NCBI GenBank assembly: GCA_045612565.1
Contig: JAZKZG010000094.1
Coordinates: 2,556-66,555 of the forward strand
Direction of reading: 5' to 3'
DNA from: Eubacteriales bacterium
GTDB lineage: Bacteria > Bacillota > Clostridia > Oscillospirales > QAKW01
DNA: 64,000 nucleotides
Positions 19,896 to 28,491 of this stretch are shown piece after piece (the stretch's first letter is position 1; each line of letters starts with the position of its first letter). The position numbers and the translations under genes were made by a program. The notes under the pieces were generated by a model that was given only the letters and a program-made list of their open reading frames with translations, was not told the DNA's origin and searched no databases.

Positions 19896-20332
19896 TTGTT
19901 TTCCTCTTGATTTTCAATAATTTCTCTTGCACGGTCTTGCATCCGTTTTAAAACCGAATCGAATATGTCGAGTTCATCCTGCGGTATATCTTCCGATAAA
20001 AGTTGCATCCATTCTGACGATGCTTTTTTTATATCCGGTACAACACCGAGCATTTTTTCGGACGGATAGACCGAAAACTGACGTTTGTCATTCGGCAGAG
20101 GTTTTCTTAAAATATACCCTTTTTCTTCAAGGTAATTAAGATTTCTTGTAACGGTACTTTTGTTGATGCAAAGTTCTTTTGCAAGTTGCTCTTGTGAGCG
20201 TCCGGGCTCACGGCAGATTGCAAGGGCAAAAGCATAGTGAGAACTTTGCAGCTCTTCGGCACATACTTTGCTGTGCCTGTAAATTGCTTGTGAACGGCTG
20301 ATGTTATTTAACATCTTCATAAATTTTGACAT
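19892..20332 (-). CDS. MarR-family transcriptional regulator
   Basis: Winged-helix core (QEQLAKELCINKSTVTRNLNYLEEKGYILRKPLPNDKRQ). ATG at 20332 is preceded by GGAG. First gene of the exporter operon. Confidence 0.85.
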   Translation of the reverse strand: MSKFMKMLNNISRSQAIYRHSKVCAEELQSSHYAFALAICREPGRSQEQLAKELCINKSTVTRNLNYLEEKGYILRKPLPNDKRQFSVYPSEKMLGVVPDIKKASSEWMQLLSEDIPQDELDIFDSVLKRMQDRAREIIENQEENK

Positions 20333-20464
20333 ATTATACTCCAAAAATAGTTGCACACGCAACAGTTTCGTATGCAACTATTTTAACAAACACTTTAGAG
20401 TATGTCAACATTGACAAAAAGTTTATCAAAAAATATAATAAAATAAAAAAGTATTGGAGGCATT

Positions 20465-20992
20465 ATGAATTTTACTGAAATTGCAAATAAAAGACAGTCT
20501 TGCCGCGCTTATGACACCAACCGTGCGGTAGAAAAAGAAAAAATCAACGCAATACTCGAATCGGCACGTCTTGCTCCTTCTGCCTGTAACGGTCAGCCGT
20601 ATTACATCACTGTGTGTCATGGTGATGTTGCAAAAAAGGTTGCAAAAGCAACCGAAGGTGTGGGTATCAACAAATTTGCCGCTGATGCTCCCGTACTTAT
20701 GGTCATTTCCGAAAAACCGTATAATTCCACCGCCGCTCTCGGCGCACGTCTTAAAAAGAACGATTACCGCTCAATCGATATCGGTATCGTTGCGGCATAC
20801 ATCACCGCCGAAGCAACTGCACAAGGTCTGGGCAGTTGTATTCTCGGTTGGCTCGATGATGCAAAAATCAGGGAGATTTGCGATATTGACGGTACAGTCC
20901 GCCTTGTTATAACCTTAGGCTATGAAAAGGACGGCACTCTTCGCTCCAAAAAGAGAAAGTCACTTGATGAACTGTCAAAAACAGTGAGGTAG
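20465..20992 (+). CDS. nitroreductase family protein
   Basis: 175 aa. RQSCRAY...ILESARLAPSACNGQPY signature. Confidence 0.8.
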   Translation: MNFTEIANKRQSCRAYDTNRAVEKEKINAILESARLAPSACNGQPYYITVCHGDVAKKVAKATEGVGINKFAADAPVLMVISEKPYNSTAALGARLKKNDYRSIDIGIVAAYITAEATAQGLGSCILGWLDDAKIREICDIDGTVRLVITLGYEKDGTLRSKKRKSLDELSKTVR

Positions 20993-20995
20993 AAT

Positions 20996-21706
20996 ATGTT
21001 TGATTTTAAAGATAAAGTAGCGGTTGTAACGGGCGGTGCAAGAGGCATCGGCAAGTGCATCCGTGAGCAGTTTGAACGTGCGGGAGCCACCGTTTATGTT
21101 ATTGACCTGCTCGATAATGATTGTTTTGTGGGCGACCTTTCGGATAAATCCACCCTCGAGCGCTTTGCCAAAAAAGTAATTGATGAAAACGGCAAAATCG
21201 ACTATCTTATCAATAATGCCGCACCAAAATGCGTTGGTATAAAAAGCGGCACCTACGATGAATTTGAATACGCGATGAGCGTGGGTGTGACCGCTCCGTT
21301 TTACCTTTCAAAACTGTTTGCGCCGTATTTTTCAAAGGGCGCAAGTATTGTTAATATTTCGTCATCGCGCGACAGAATGAGCCAACCGCAGACTGAGAGT
21401 TATACTGCGGCAAAAGGCGGTATCTCGGCGCTTACCCATGCACTTGCGGTAAGCCTTGCGGGAAAAGTGCGTGTTAACTCAATCTCGCCCGGCTGGATTG
21501 ACAATAACTATACAGTCTACGAGGGCGCCGATGCCGTGCAACAGCCTGTCGGCAGAGTGGGAAATCCACTGGATATCGCAAACGCGGTAATGTATCTTTG
21601 CTCAGATATGTCGGGCTTTATCACAGGCGAGGATATCTGCATTGACGGTGGAATGACAAAGCAGATGATTTATCACGCTGACCACGGATGGAAACTAATG
21701 CTATGA
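20996..21706 (+). CDS. SDR-family oxidoreductase
   Basis: TGGARGIG cofactor motif, NNAA, catalytic YxxxK (YTAAKGG). Confidence 0.85.
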   Translation: MFDFKDKVAVVTGGARGIGKCIREQFERAGATVYVIDLLDNDCFVGDLSDKSTLERFAKKVIDENGKIDYLINNAAPKCVGIKSGTYDEFEYAMSVGVTAPFYLSKLFAPYFSKGASIVNISSSRDRMSQPQTESYTAAKGGISALTHALAVSLAGKVRVNSISPGWIDNNYTVYEGADAVQQPVGRVGNPLDIANAVMYLCSDMSGFITGEDICIDGGMTKQMIYHADHGWKLML

Positions 21707-22098
21707 GATTTTTAAAAGGATTGATTATAATGTTTATGTTATTTAATTTAACTGCTTGTCATAACGATTTTGACAGAACTTTTGTTGACGGTTATTGGCA
21801 AATTTCTGCCGAGGAAGCTCATATGATTATGTCGACAAAAGAGGAATATGCAATAGTAGACGCCCGTACTCAAGAGGAGTATGACGAGGGTCATATAGAA
21901 GGCGCGATTATGATTCCTGAATACGAAATCGGCACTCGTGCCGAAAAAGAACTTTTAGACAAAGAACAGTTAATACTCGTTTATTGCCGAAGCGGCAGAC
22001 GAAGTAAAATTGCATCAAAAGCACTTGCAGAGTTGGGCTATACCAATGTGTACGAATTCGGCGGAATAATCGACTGGCCGTATGATATTGTAAAATAA
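21703..22098 (+). CDS. rhodanese-domain lipoprotein
   Basis: Lipobox 'NLTACHN'. Rhodanese active-site loop 'CRSGRRS'. ATG at 21703 overlaps the SDR stop. Confidence 0.8.
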   Translation: MRFLKGLIIMFMLFNLTACHNDFDRTFVDGYWQISAEEAHMIMSTKEEYAIVDARTQEEYDEGHIEGAIMIPEYEIGTRAEKELLDKEQLILVYCRSGRRSKIASKALAELGYTNVYEFGGIIDWPYDIVK

Positions 22099-22108
22099 TA
22101 GCAAATGA

Positions 22109-22140
22109 AAAAGCAGTCCCGATGGACTGCTTTTTGTTTT
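22109..22140. terminator. stem-loop terminator between convergent genes
   Basis: AAGCAGTCC-cgat-GGACTGCTT followed by TTTGTTTT. Confidence 0.7.
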
Positions 22141-22153
22141 AACAACTTATTTT

Positions 22154-23233
22154 TTAACTGATTGTTGATATCAGAGCCTTTTTTTGATTTTTTACATCAT
22201 ACATATTAAAATCAGCTCGTCTGATAACATCTTCGGCACAATCATTTTTTTCATACTTGGAATATCCGATAGAAACAGTTAATTGGTAGTATTCATTTTT
22301 AAAATTGTCTGCAATAGTTTTTTCAAAACGTGTCAGCAGATTTTCCACGTTGGCATTTTTTCTTAAAATTATTGCAAATTCGTCGCCGCCGATTCGGTAG
22401 CACTGACCGTAATTGCTGAAAATTGATTTGATGATACGTGAGATAATAACCAGACATTTATCTCCGTATGGATGACCGTAGGTGTCATTAATGTATTTAA
22501 AATCATCTATATCCAGAATTATTACCGTTTGGTTTACTTTAAATTCTTTTATTTTTTTGATATATGTTCCCTGGTTAAGAACACCTGTGAGTTTGTCAAA
22601 AAGATTTGTAAATTCAAGGTTATATGCATAATATATACACAAACAAAAAACGACAGTTATTCTTGTTGTGTATACTTCCTCTTTAAAAATTTGAATTGAA
22701 CATGATAAAAGAAAACACAAACTCAATAAATAGGCAAAAATCTTGTGCTGTAAAAATCCTTTACGTGAATATCGCAGTGTTTCGTAAAGTAAATATATCA
22801 CTGCAAAGAAATATGAAATTATATATACGAAAAACAAGCTGCCGCGATGATAATTATTTTGTGCATCTATATAGAATAACTTGTTTGATACAATCAAAAT
22901 ATGATAGATAAGCACATAGGCACCGATGCCGATAGCGGCTTGTTTTAAACGGTGAAATCTTGCAATGGTCATTGCAAAAAACACAATCAGAATCGGTGTA
23001 AGAAGAAACCCGAAATAATTTGATAAAAAGTTAATGGGTTTAAATTCAGATGCACAACCGTTTGAAAATATAGACATTACTTCACAAATTGTTACGAAAA
23101 CCGAACCCAAAAAAACGACGATAAAACCTTTTTTGTGCGCGGGTAAAATATATTCGTTTGTAACGGTTAAAAACAGCATACATAAAACCGTCATGAAAAG
23201 AATGGGGAGTGTATACAGGTATTGGGTTATCAT
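22154..23233 (-). CDS. membrane-embedded GGDEF diguanylate cyclase
   Basis: About 6 N-terminal TM helices and a C-terminal GGDEF domain (DIDDFKYINDTYGHPYGD...YRIGGDEFAI). No RxxD I-site is evident. Confidence 0.8.
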   Translation of the reverse strand: MITQYLYTLPILFMTVLCMLFLTVTNEYILPAHKKGFIVVFLGSVFVTICEVMSIFSNGCASEFKPINFLSNYFGFLLTPILIVFFAMTIARFHRLKQAAIGIGAYVLIYHILIVSNKLFYIDAQNNYHRGSLFFVYIISYFFAVIYLLYETLRYSRKGFLQHKIFAYLLSLCFLLSCSIQIFKEEVYTTRITVVFCLCIYYAYNLEFTNLFDKLTGVLNQGTYIKKIKEFKVNQTVIILDIDDFKYINDTYGHPYGDKCLVIISRIIKSIFSNYGQCYRIGGDEFAIILRKNANVENLLTRFEKTIADNFKNEYYQLTVSIGYSKYEKNDCAEDVIRRADFNMYDVKNQKKALISTIS

Positions 23234-23331
23234 TTAATTCTCCTGGTATATTTAACGTCTTAATAACATTTAGTCTGTTCAAATTAAAAGAATGTTCATA
23301 TCGGACTAAAGTCCGATATGAACACTCGACA

Positions 23332-23407
23332 TGGTCGGGATGACAGGACTTGAACCTGCGGCATCCAGTTCCCAAAACTGGCGCGCTACCAACTGCGCCA
23401 CATCCCG
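23332..23407 (-). tRNA. tRNA-Pro (UGG), CCA encoded
   Basis: CGGGATG-TG-GCGC-AGTTGGTA-GCGC-G-CCAGT-TTTGGGA-ACTGG-ATGCC-GCAGG-TTCAAGT-CCTGT-CATCCCG-A-CCA. All stems pair. A hairpin at 23291..23325 lies downstream. Confidence 0.92.
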
Positions 23408-23619
23408 AAAATGCTATAATATTAATCAGCAACAATTAACACTATAGCATTCTATCATTTTTTGTTTGCAATGTCAAGAAGCATTTGCATATAAAATTCA
23501 CTATGTCAGGCAATTTTTTTGACATAACATATTTCACCGATTGCCTGAAAGGTTGCAAACGGGCAAATAACAGCATCATAACACTGCACAGAATGCAAAA
23601 CCTTGTAATTATGGTTTAT

Positions 23620-24036
23620 TTAAAATTTTTTGCGGATTATAAAATAACATATCCAATAAATTACCACAAGTGTCATTGCTGAAAGTGAAATCCACCTCGC
23701 AATATTATGCATATTTAAAAACGACAAGATAATGGTTGCCACGCACATTATCACAACATAAATTATAAACGCAGCGCTTCTTGATTTGTGCATAATCTCG
23801 ATATTTCGTTCGTCAGTTTCTGCAATTTCATATTTTTTGATGCTGTCATCATTTTTGGTGATTATAAAATGTTTTTTTATTCTCGCTATACCGATTATTA
23901 AAAGGGTAAACCCAAAAGCTGAAATAAAATTGTTATCGGTTTTAGTTATAAGTTCGGTTGCAATCATAAATATTCCAATTATAATATAGGTGATGGCAAC
24001 AATGAGTCTGTTTTTAAGTCTTTTTCTATAATCCAT
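23620..24036 (-). CDS. small 4-TM membrane protein co-transcribed with an XRE regulator (DUF2178-like arrangement)
   Basis: 138 aa, hydrophobic segments. Starts 3 nt after the regulator's stop. Confidence 0.5.
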   Translation of the reverse strand: MDYRKRLKNRLIVAITYIIIGIFMIATELITKTDNNFISAFGFTLLIIGIARIKKHFIITKNDDSIKKYEIAETDERNIEIMHKSRSAAFIIYVVIMCVATIILSFLNMHNIARWISLSAMTLVVIYWICYFIIRKKF

Positions 24037-24038
24037 AG

Positions 24039-24236
24039 TTATTCCTCCTCAAAAATAAAAACCTCTTCAATTGTCATATCAAAGTATTTTGATATTTTGT
24101 GTGCAAGTGTAAGCGATGCGTTGTATTTTCCGTTCTCAAGCGAAATTATTGTTTGACGTGTAACCCCCACAGCCATTGCTAATTCGTCTTGTGTAACCTT
24201 GCTTTGCTTACGCAGTTCTTTTATTATATTATCCAA
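24039..24236 (-). CDS. small XRE-family HTH regulator (YozG-like)
   Basis: 65 aa. TQDELAMAVGVTRQTIISLENGKYNASLTLAHKISKYF. Confidence 0.85.
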   Translation of the reverse strand: MDNIIKELRKQSKVTQDELAMAVGVTRQTIISLENGKYNASLTLAHKISKYFDMTIEEVFIFEEE

Positions 24237-24337
24237 ATGATCGCCTCCTAAAAGTAAAGTATGATTTACATTACTATTTTAAAACATCAGTTGCAAAATG
24301 TCAAGTTTATTTTACATTTTGCTGTTCAAAAAAATAA

Positions 24338-24365
24338 TTGACAATCGTTAATTATTTGGTATAAT
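24338..24365 (+). promoter_or_regulatory. sigma-A promoter of the thrS leader
   Basis: TTGACA (24338..24343), 16 nt spacer, extended -10 TGGTATAAT (24357..24365). Confidence 0.65.
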
Positions 24366-24371
24366 AATATT

Positions 24372-24582
24372 AAAGCTATGACGGAAAAGCCGTCTTTTAC
24401 ACCGCTTAAGAGAGAAAACGGTTGGTGCAAGTTTTCGCGGGGTAGGGGAAATCGGTACCGCTTCCCGAGCTGTGCCGCAAAATACGGCGCCGCGTGTTCG
24501 CGTTATGAACCAAAGAGTTAAACACCAAGGTGGAACCGTGTAATTTTTTGCACCCTTGACATTTGTCAACGGGTGCTTTTTA
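24372..24582 (+). promoter_or_regulatory. T-box riboswitch leader of thrS
   Basis: K-turn GCUAUGAC/CGAGC, AGAGAG bulge, GGUUGGUGCAAG distal loop. Candidate specifier ACC at 24457..24459. T-box AAGGUGGAACCGUG at 24527..24540. Terminator GCACCCTTGAC-attt-GTCAACGGGTGC plus TTTTT at 24550..24581. Confidence 0.85.
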
Positions 24583-24604
24583 TATTTATTTGGAGGAAAA
24601 AATT

Positions 24605-26383
24605 GTGGAAAACGTATATTCATTTGAAAATCCCGAATTTAAAAAGACATATTGGCATACTTGCTCACACATAATGGCGCAGGCAGTAAAACGCCTCTAT
24701 CCCGAAGTGAAACTTGCTATCGGACCCGCTATTGCAGAGGGTTGGTACTATGATTTTGACCTTGAGCATTCACTCACTCCCGATGACCTCGAAAAAATTG
24801 AGGCTGAAATGAAAAAAATCTGCAAGGAAAAACTTGCTATCGAGAGATTTACTCTCCCTCGTGACGAGGCACTTGAATTTATGAAAGACGAGCCGTATAA
24901 GGTAGAGCTTATAACAGAACTTCCTGATGGCGAAGAAATTTCGTTTTATAAACAGGGCGAGTTTACTGACCTTTGTGCAGGTCCGCATATGGATTCAACT
25001 TCGAGAATCAAGGGCAACGCAATAAAACTTCTCGCGGCTACAGGTGCATATTGGCGCGGTGATGAAAAGAACAAGATGCTTCAGCGCGTATACGGTGTTG
25101 CATTCCAGAAAAAAGAAGAACTTGATTCGTTTATCGAGGCACGTGAGGAGGCAAGACGCCGCGATCATAACAAACTCGGTCGTGAACTTGGCTATTTTAC
25201 AACCGTTGACTCAATCGGTCAGGGCCTTCCGATACTTCTTCCCAAGGGTGCAAGAGTTATCCAACTTTTACAGCGTTGGGTTGAAGACATCGAGCAGGAA
25301 CACGATTATCTTCTCACAAAAACACCGCTTATGACAAAACGCGACCTTTATAAAATTTCAGGTCACTGGGATCACTATCTTGACGGTATGTTTGTGCTTG
25401 GCGATCCATACGACGAAGAAAAAGAATGCCTTGCAATGCGTCCTATGACCTGCCCCTTCCAGTATCAGGTATATCTTAATCAGGCAAGAAGTTACCGTGA
25501 ACTTCCCATGCGTCTTGGCGAGACCTCAACACTTTTCAGAAACGAGGACTCGGGCGAGATGCACGGTCTTATCAGAGTGCGTCAGTTTACAATCTCCGAG
25601 GGTCATCTTGTACTCCGTCCTGATCAACTTGCTGAGGAGTTTGCAGACTGTCTTAGCCTTTCAAAATATTTCCTCGGAACAGTAGGTCTTTTAGAGGACT
25701 GCTCGTTCAGATTTTCACAGTGGGATCCCGAAAACACCAAAAAATATGAAGGTACACCTGAGCAGTGGGCAGAGGCACAGGGCATTATGGAAAAAATTCT
25801 TGATGACCTCGGCGTTGAATATGAAGTTGGTGTAGGCGAAGCCGCTTTCTACGGTCCTAAACTCGATATCCAATATAAAAATGTTTTTGGTAAAGAGGAC
25901 ACAATCGTTACAATCCAGATTGATATGCTTCTTGCAGAAAAATTCGGTATGACCTATATCGATACCGATGGACAGAAAAAACTTCCGTATATCATTCACA
26001 GAACAAGCCTTGGATGTTACGAGCGTACTCTTGCATATCTTATCGAAAAATATGCGGGTGCACTTCCCACCTGGATGGCTCCCGAACAGGTGCGTATTCT
26101 TCCCATTACCGATCGCGCACTTGAATATGCAAATGACATAAAAGCAAAACTTTCGGCAAATAAATACCGCGTAACAATTGATGACAGAAGTGAAAAACTC
26201 GGTTACAAAATCCGCAGTGCACAGATGGAAAAGGTTCCGTATATGGTTATCATAGGTGATAAGGATATGGAAAATAATACAGTTTCAGTCCGTCATCGCT
26301 CGGGCGAGGACCTCGGTGCACTTTCGTTTGACGAATTTGAAAAGATTCTTCACGATGTTGTTGCAAACAAAGAGAAAAAATAA
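24605..26383 (+). CDS. thrS: threonine--tRNA ligase (short form without N-terminal TGS domain)
   Basis: Editing-domain 'WHTCSHIMAQAV', class II core, C-terminal anticodon-binding domain. The GTG at 24605 lies 8 nt after GGAGG; the ORF-track ATG at 24563 falls inside the T-box terminator. Confidence 0.9.
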   Translation: MENVYSFENPEFKKTYWHTCSHIMAQAVKRLYPEVKLAIGPAIAEGWYYDFDLEHSLTPDDLEKIEAEMKKICKEKLAIERFTLPRDEALEFMKDEPYKVELITELPDGEEISFYKQGEFTDLCAGPHMDSTSRIKGNAIKLLAATGAYWRGDEKNKMLQRVYGVAFQKKEELDSFIEAREEARRRDHNKLGRELGYFTTVDSIGQGLPILLPKGARVIQLLQRWVEDIEQEHDYLLTKTPLMTKRDLYKISGHWDHYLDGMFVLGDPYDEEKECLAMRPMTCPFQYQVYLNQARSYRELPMRLGETSTLFRNEDSGEMHGLIRVRQFTISEGHLVLRPDQLAEEFADCLSLSKYFLGTVGLLEDCSFRFSQWDPENTKKYEGTPEQWAEAQGIMEKILDDLGVEYEVGVGEAAFYGPKLDIQYKNVFGKEDTIVTIQIDMLLAEKFGMTYIDTDGQKKLPYIIHRTSLGCYERTLAYLIEKYAGALPTWMAPEQVRILPITDRALEYANDIKAKLSANKYRVTIDDRSEKLGYKIRSAQMEKVPYMVIIGDKDMENNTVSVRHRSGEDLGALSFDEFEKILHDVVANKEKK

Positions 26384-26395
26384 TCATACCATGTA

Positions 26396-26430
26396 AAAAG
26401 GGATAGAATCGATTGATTCTATCCCTTTTT
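26396..26430. terminator. bidirectional terminator
   Basis: AAAAGGGATAGAATC-gatt-GATTCTATCCCTTTTT. Confidence 0.75.
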
Positions 26431-26432
26431 AT

Positions 26433-27872
26433 TTACTTAATTAAATAATCTTTATGGAACTTAGTAAACATTACGCTGGCTTCGGCACGGGTACCTGTGC
26501 CTGTTGGGTCAAAACTTCCGGCACCTTTACCATTTACTATATCGGCCATTTGACAGATATAAACGGCTGTTTTTGCCCATTTGCTTATTTTACTGTCATC
26601 AGCAAAATTCTCTTTGCTTTCAACGCTTTTGAAGGTGATGTTTTTGAGTTTGGCAAAGTTTACAAGCATAACACACATTTGCTCACGTGTTACATTTGTA
26701 TTAGGTTCAAACTTACCTTTGCCCATACCGTTTACAACTTTGTTCTCACTTGCCCATTTGACGGCGGAAGTATACCATTTTTTAGATGGAACATCATTGA
26801 ATGAAGTTGTTACATTGCGGTTAGAAGTATCAACGCCTGTAATATTTGCAAGAACTTGTACAAATTGTGCACGTGTAATGTTCATCGACGGTGAAAACTC
26901 AGTTTTACTTGTGCCTGTAAAGATGCCGTGTTCTGCGACATAATCAACATATTGCTTAAACCATTTTTTTGCGGGAACATCATTAAATGATTTTTTGTTT
27001 ATTATTTCTGTGCGTTTTTCTGAACATATTGTACAAGTAAATTCTTTGCTACCTTCTATTAGATAGGTTGCTTCATTTACGATTTTTCCATTGTTCCATT
27101 TGTGCCCTGCCGCAGGAATTGTTTCGGTTTTTGTTTGGGCGCAATCTATGCAAGTATATAACTTTGTTCCTGCTGATGTACAGGTTTCTTTTAATGTGAC
27201 TGCACCTGTATTCCAATTATGCCTTGCATTAACTGTTTCGGTTTTTTTCTCGTTACATTCAGTACAAGTAAAAGTTTTTATACCATTGGCGGTGCATGTG
27301 GGAGGTGTCGTGATTACTCCGGAATCCCACTTGTGTTCTCCTTTTACATCACGAAATTCAAAATGATTACATACGCTGCAAGTTCTTTTATCTTTTCCGG
27401 TTATAATGCATGTCGGAGAAACAAAACTTTCCCAAGAACCAAATTTGTGGTTTGAGTTGCATTTGTTTTCTACTATAGTTAAATACGCAGTTTTTTGTGT
27501 GGGTGCAAAATGCCATTCATAGAATGAATAAAATTCCATATAGTATTTTATTTTATATTCGCCTGGGGAGAGATTTAAATGTTTGGTATCTATGTTTATA
27601 GTAACGTTGAATGTCCAATTGCCAAGTACTGCACCGGATGCTGAGGCAACTTTATTACCACTTGAATTATATAAATCTACATAGTAATTTTCATTTTTGA
27701 ACTCTCTGAATATGGTAAAATCCAGTCCTATGCTATCTCCAACAACTACACTGTTAGAAATATTATCAATAATAATTGATGGATAACTTGCTGCATTAGC
27801 AGGTAAAATAATTAAAGATATCATTGTTACAAATACACTGATCATTGACCAGAATTTTATTTGCTTTTTCAT
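26433..27872 (-). CDS. secreted SLH-domain cell-wall protein with four His/Cys-rich modules
   Basis: Signal peptide (MKKQIKFWSMISVFVTMISLIILPANA). Four ~38-aa H-x-W...C-x2-G...C-x2-C modules. Three C-terminal SLH repeats (FNDVPAKKWF..., FNDVPSKKWY..., FADDSKISKWA...). Confidence 0.8.
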   Translation of the reverse strand: MKKQIKFWSMISVFVTMISLIILPANAASYPSIIIDNISNSVVVGDSIGLDFTIFREFKNENYYVDLYNSSGNKVASASGAVLGNWTFNVTINIDTKHLNLSPGEYKIKYYMEFYSFYEWHFAPTQKTAYLTIVENKCNSNHKFGSWESFVSPTCIITGKDKRTCSVCNHFEFRDVKGEHKWDSGVITTPPTCTANGIKTFTCTECNEKKTETVNARHNWNTGAVTLKETCTSAGTKLYTCIDCAQTKTETIPAAGHKWNNGKIVNEATYLIEGSKEFTCTICSEKRTEIINKKSFNDVPAKKWFKQYVDYVAEHGIFTGTSKTEFSPSMNITRAQFVQVLANITGVDTSNRNVTTSFNDVPSKKWYTSAVKWASENKVVNGMGKGKFEPNTNVTREQMCVMLVNFAKLKNITFKSVESKENFADDSKISKWAKTAVYICQMADIVNGKGAGSFDPTGTGTRAEASVMFTKFHKDYLIK

Positions 27873-28014
27873 TTTTTCCTCCTACATAAAAATATATTTT
27901 CATAATACAACAACTAGAGGTTGTTGTCAATAACTAATAATAAGTTTTTTATTTAACTAATAAAAGTTGTTATCCTATAAATATAAGGCAAAAATAAAAG
28001 GAGAACGGCTTGGC

Positions 28015-28353
28015 ATGGTTAAAAATTTAAAGAGTTTGCGCATTGATGCGGGTTACAGTCAAAAACAACTTGCAGATGTTATAAATGTAAGTCAGCAATC
28101 AATAAATAAATATGAAAACCACGATGTTGAACCAAATATTGAAACACTTATTGCCATTGCAAAGTTGTTTGATACATCGGTTGATTATCTTATAGGACTG
28201 ACAGATATAAAAAGAAAAATCGAAAATGTTTATAAATTTGACCTTAACGATAGTGAAAAAAACGTGGTTGATATGTTCAGACAACTAAATGACGGAGACA
28301 GAAAACTGATTATTGAATTGTTGCACAGTTTACAGCAAAAAAATAACCGATAA
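28015..28353 (+). CDS. XRE-family HTH transcriptional regulator
   Basis: LRIDAGYSQKQLADVINVSQQSINKYENHDVEPNIETLIAIAKLF. ATG at 28015 follows GGAG. Confidence 0.8.
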   Translation: MVKNLKSLRIDAGYSQKQLADVINVSQQSINKYENHDVEPNIETLIAIAKLFDTSVDYLIGLTDIKRKIENVYKFDLNDSEKNVVDMFRQLNDGDRKLIIELLHSLQQKNNR

Positions 28354-28491
28354 AAAGGGCAGATACTGTTACAGTATCTGCTCTTTACATATTTTTAAAA
28401 AAATCACTTTTTTACATAAATATATAGAAAATTTCCATTTACTTTTACTGTTGGCTTTTTTATAATTTGGTAAAAAGGAGGCGACTTTTTT

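Noticed and set aside
23082-23435. 117-aa ORF on the minus strand
   Set aside because: It runs straight through the tRNA-Pro gene (23332..23407) and its terminator hairpin. There is no RBS, and the tRNA cloverleaf explains the sequence.
23408-23619. Inverted repeats (CAGGCAAT...ATTGCCTG, ATGTCA...TGACAT) and a 65-aa ORF (23485..23682) in the tRNA-Pro upstream gap
   Set aside because: The stems are short with long loops, and the ORF has no RBS and overlaps the 3' end of the membrane-protein gene. This is most likely promoter or spacer DNA, and I have no basis for a specific RNA or protein call.
24348-24623. 91-aa minus-strand ORF
   Set aside because: It lies antisense across the whole thrS T-box leader. 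The conserved T-box elements explain the region.
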